Part shown: positions 61,415 through 64,000 of the stretch, piece by piece
How the letters are laid out: each line of letters begins with the position of its first letter
Position numbering within the stretch: position 1 is the first letter of the stretch
Virus record (IMG/VR): IMGVR_UViG_3300046535_002148
Span: 70,640 to 134,639 of that record
Reading direction: 5' to 3' (one strand)
DNA from: a virus
Length of the DNA: 64,000 nucleotides
The notes under the pieces: model-generated
The model's input: only the letters and a program-made list of their open reading frames with translations
Told to the model about the DNA's origin: nothing
The model's database searches: none
Translations under genes and position numbers: made by a program

Positions 61415-61873
61415 TCAGAGCTTGGTCCTGGCGCCGCGGGGACGTCGGGCCGGCGTGACGACCGGGGTGACCGTGTTGCGGTCGATGATCTGATCGAGGT
61501 GCTGCTGGCTGAACAGCACCCGACGGCCGAGCTTGACGTGCGGGATCGTCTTCTCGCGCACGGCACGACGCAACCAGTCGACGCTGATCCCCAGCTTCGC
61601 CGAGGCCTCCTCGGTGCTGAACAGCAGCTTGTCGGTCTCGCTGACGCTCACGACGCGGGCCTCCTGACGTGGCTTGGCGGGGCGCAATGGCTCGCGCACG
61701 GGACCGTCCAACTGCGACCCCGCCAGCCAGGACGCAGTTCGCCTCCTGACCTCATCGCTGACCGGCGGTCTTTCCGCGAGGTACTTGGCGAACCAGGCCT
61801 CAGTCTCTTCGCTCCACACCCGGCCTCTTGCTGCTCGTTCGCCGTTGGCCATAGCGGAAACGTTACTTCGCAC
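61415..61873 (-). CDS. Excisionase-like HTH protein
   Basis: LFSTEEASAKLGIS...TIPHVKLGRRVLF. Confidence 0.7.
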   Translation of the reverse strand: MRSNVSAMANGERAARGRVWSEETEAWFAKYLAERPPVSDEVRRRTASWLAGSQLDGPVREPLRPAKPRQEARVVSVSETDKLLFSTEEASAKLGISVDWLRRAVREKTIPHVKLGRRVLFSQQHLDQIIDRNTVTPVVTPARRPRGARTKL

Positions 61874-62682
61874 GCAGGCCGATGGACGGCATCATCGCCA
61901 CAACTCGACGAGATCCGCCGTCTCGTCGTCCTCGCGGATCGCGATCTGTTCCGCGCCGTCCTTCCGGACGAACTCCTGCGCTTCCTGCAAGGCGCGGAAG
62001 CCCAGCCGGTAGTCGATCTCCTGTGCCCCGTGCACCGTGACGTCGAACGCACGCAGGCAGAACATCGGGAACCCGTTCGGGGACGTCCGGTAGATCGCCC
62101 ACAACTTCATGGTGCTCCTCCGTCTGGCGCCGGTCTGGACCCCGCAGACCCTAGGTGCGTGGCCCGCAGCTGTCCAGGGTCGCCCTGGACAGCGCGCCGC
62201 CACTGTGGTAAAGGCGGTATAGCCCCACGGTGGGGAGTGAGCTGCCGAGCCGTGCTCTGCGGCAACGGCGACTGCAAGACCAGCGCCACCGGCCGGCCGA
62301 CGTAGCTGGTCTGCGCCGCGTGCGGCGCTCGCGCGTGACCCTGGTGAACTGATGTTTCCGCTCGTACCCTCTCCTGATGAGCAAGAAGGGCGCGAAGAAG
62401 CGGGCACAGGCCGACGCCGACTACGCGCGCTTCCTTGCAGCGTCACCGCAGTACACCCGCGGGGGCCAGGTCGACCCGGAGGTCGCGCCGAAGGCCGTCG
62501 GCCGGCCGGGCACCTCCACCGGCAGGTCCGGGACGGCGAAGTCCTACCGGACGATGAGGCTGAAGAAGCCCGTGAAGCCGAAGGACCCGGTGGTCGACCC
62601 TATGGCCGTCGGTCGCGCCGCCGCCGCGTTGGAGCGGTCGCGCCGCCGCATCGAGGGTCCGCCGAAGGACCAGGACCGGTAG

Positions 62683-63003
62683 ATGCGCTGCATTCACGAG
62701 ATGATCGAGGACCAGTGCGCCGCGTGCTCGGGAGTCGCCGTCCTGACCTGCCGCCTGTGCCCGCAGCCGTTGACCGATCCGATGTCGGTCCAGCTGGGCG
62801 TGGGGCCGGTCTGCTTCGGCAACGACGAGCCTGCGCGGCGACTGTTCCTGGAGCGCGATCTCACCAAGTGGTGGACCGTCAAGATGCCGGAGGCCAGCGC
62901 CAGGTCCTGGTCGCAGGCGCTCAAGCGCATCGGTCTGCAGGCCGTGGTCCGCTCCGGCGAGCTGTACTACAGCGGGCCGGACGTGGCAGCGGAACAGAGC
63001 TAG
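62683..63003 (+). CDS. Zn-finger protein (DUF6011-like)
   Basis: CRLCPQPLTDPMSVQLGVGPVC. Confidence 0.55.
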   Translation: MRCIHEMIEDQCAACSGVAVLTCRLCPQPLTDPMSVQLGVGPVCFGNDEPARRLFLERDLTKWWTVKMPEASARSWSQALKRIGLQAVVRSGELYYSGPDVAAEQS

Positions 63004-64000
63004 CCGTGGTGGTCGCGACGCCGTACGCCCGCATCGGGGACTCGGGGCGGGTGCTGCACCACTACTGGTGCGTCCTGGTCCGCCGGGCCGAGTACCGGCG
63101 CGACCGCGGCGACACCGAGCGACTGCCCCTGTTCCTCACCGGGCCCGAGGCGGTGCGGTTCACCACCCTGTACCAGCACCGACCGTGCCAGGTCTGCGCC
63201 TGCGACATCGGCGCGCCGACGACGAGGGTCTTCTAGACCTAGCTCCCGAGCCAGCTCCGGAAGTAGGGTTTCCGCTCATGACCGAGCCCCAGCTCGACGA
63301 CCGGACGATGAACACGATCGCGGTGATGCTGTCGGTCCACATCCAGACCTACGGCTTCCTCGAGGAGGAGCAGGGCGAGAAGGTCCGGCACATGCTGAAG
63401 ACGCGCGACCCGGGCGAACTGCTGGAGGTGGCCGCGATGCTCGCCGAGCGGGAGCGCGCAGCCAGCGAGCCGGAAGCCCGACGCGACGAGCCGCACGAGT
63501 TCCACATGTCCAGCTACATCACCGAGCCCCGCTGCTGGTGCGAGCGCTTCGCCGACGACCCGATCCACGTCACCGGCCCGTGAGCCCGACCTGCCCCTGC
63601 GGGTACGCCTCCGAGTGCGGGTCCTGGTGCGGGGGCGGGCACGAGAACGGGCTGTGCCCTCCGTGGGTCGACGAGCGGCAACTGCAGATCTTCGAGGTCG
63701 CGTGAAGTACTCCCGCCTTGCCGCCGACCTCGTACCAGCGCGCGAGCCGGTGCTGCTCTGGTTCGACCTCGACGACGGGCCGGTGATGGGCCAGGGCCTC
63801 GTCGTCCCCCACGACCTCGGCACCGTCGACGTGATCGTGACCGGCACCGACCGGGACGGGGCGTCGTTGCCGATCAGCGTCCTGGCCCAGGACGTGGACA
63901 CCGTGGTGATCGGCGCCGTCCCCGGTCTCCACCGGATCGACGTGATCTCGTGAAGGTCGTCGACGACTGCGGCCACGGCTTCGAGCTCGGCGTGGACCTG

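Larger units (their letters stand above)
10495..63262. repeat. Dispersed 20-bp palindrome CTCCCRAGC-NN-GCTYGGGAG, at least 16 copies
   Basis: Copies start at 10495, 14274, 19635, 21656, 27830, 33116, 34701, 43146, 47314, 48020, 49487, 52777, 54694, 56847, 59906 and 63243, mostly intergenic or next to gene starts. Confidence 0.85.
1..64000. mobile_element. Segment of a large temperate actinobacteriophage or prophage
   Basis: Head-packaging operon, serine integrase plus excisionase-like gene, endolysin, tRNAs and many short overlapping ORFs. No host housekeeping operons seen. High GC and TANNNT -10 promoters suggest an actinobacterial host. Confidence 0.9.

Overview
A high-GC, gene-dense segment of a large, probably temperate actinobacteriophage or prophage. 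The left end (minus strand) is a head and packaging operon: terminase large subunit, portal, prohead protease, scaffold, decoration protein and major capsid, with a WhiG/FliA-type sigma factor inserted between terminase and portal. Next come RusA, a C5 DNA methyltransferase, a Phd-VapC toxin-antitoxin pair, membrane and collagen-like genes, a large serine integrase with an excisionase-like HTH, and a peptidase endolysin. The remaining ~43 kb is accessory: phosphoesterases, vWA and ParB-like proteins, SpoVS, a UvrD-like helicase, a peroxiredoxin, a thermonuclease, a GGQ release-factor domain, 7 tRNAs and many small ORFs. The most notable signals are non-coding. (1) A Ro60/TROVE gene is preceded by six Y-RNA-like units sharing one scaffold (CGGTGCG...TACTTC-[cargo]-...CTCG) with swappable cargo. 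Two cargos are complete circularly permuted tRNAs with anticodon loops and one is degenerate; all three are opened at the same 29/30 position. (2) A 245-aa protein gene of unknown function is followed by a ~400-nt RNA with two permuted tRNA-like domains (NCCA in the acceptor loop), CTGAA-type repeats and a free anticodon hairpin. (3) A 20-bp palindromic operator-like motif occurs at least 16 times. All calls come from manual reading; no searches or folding programs were run.
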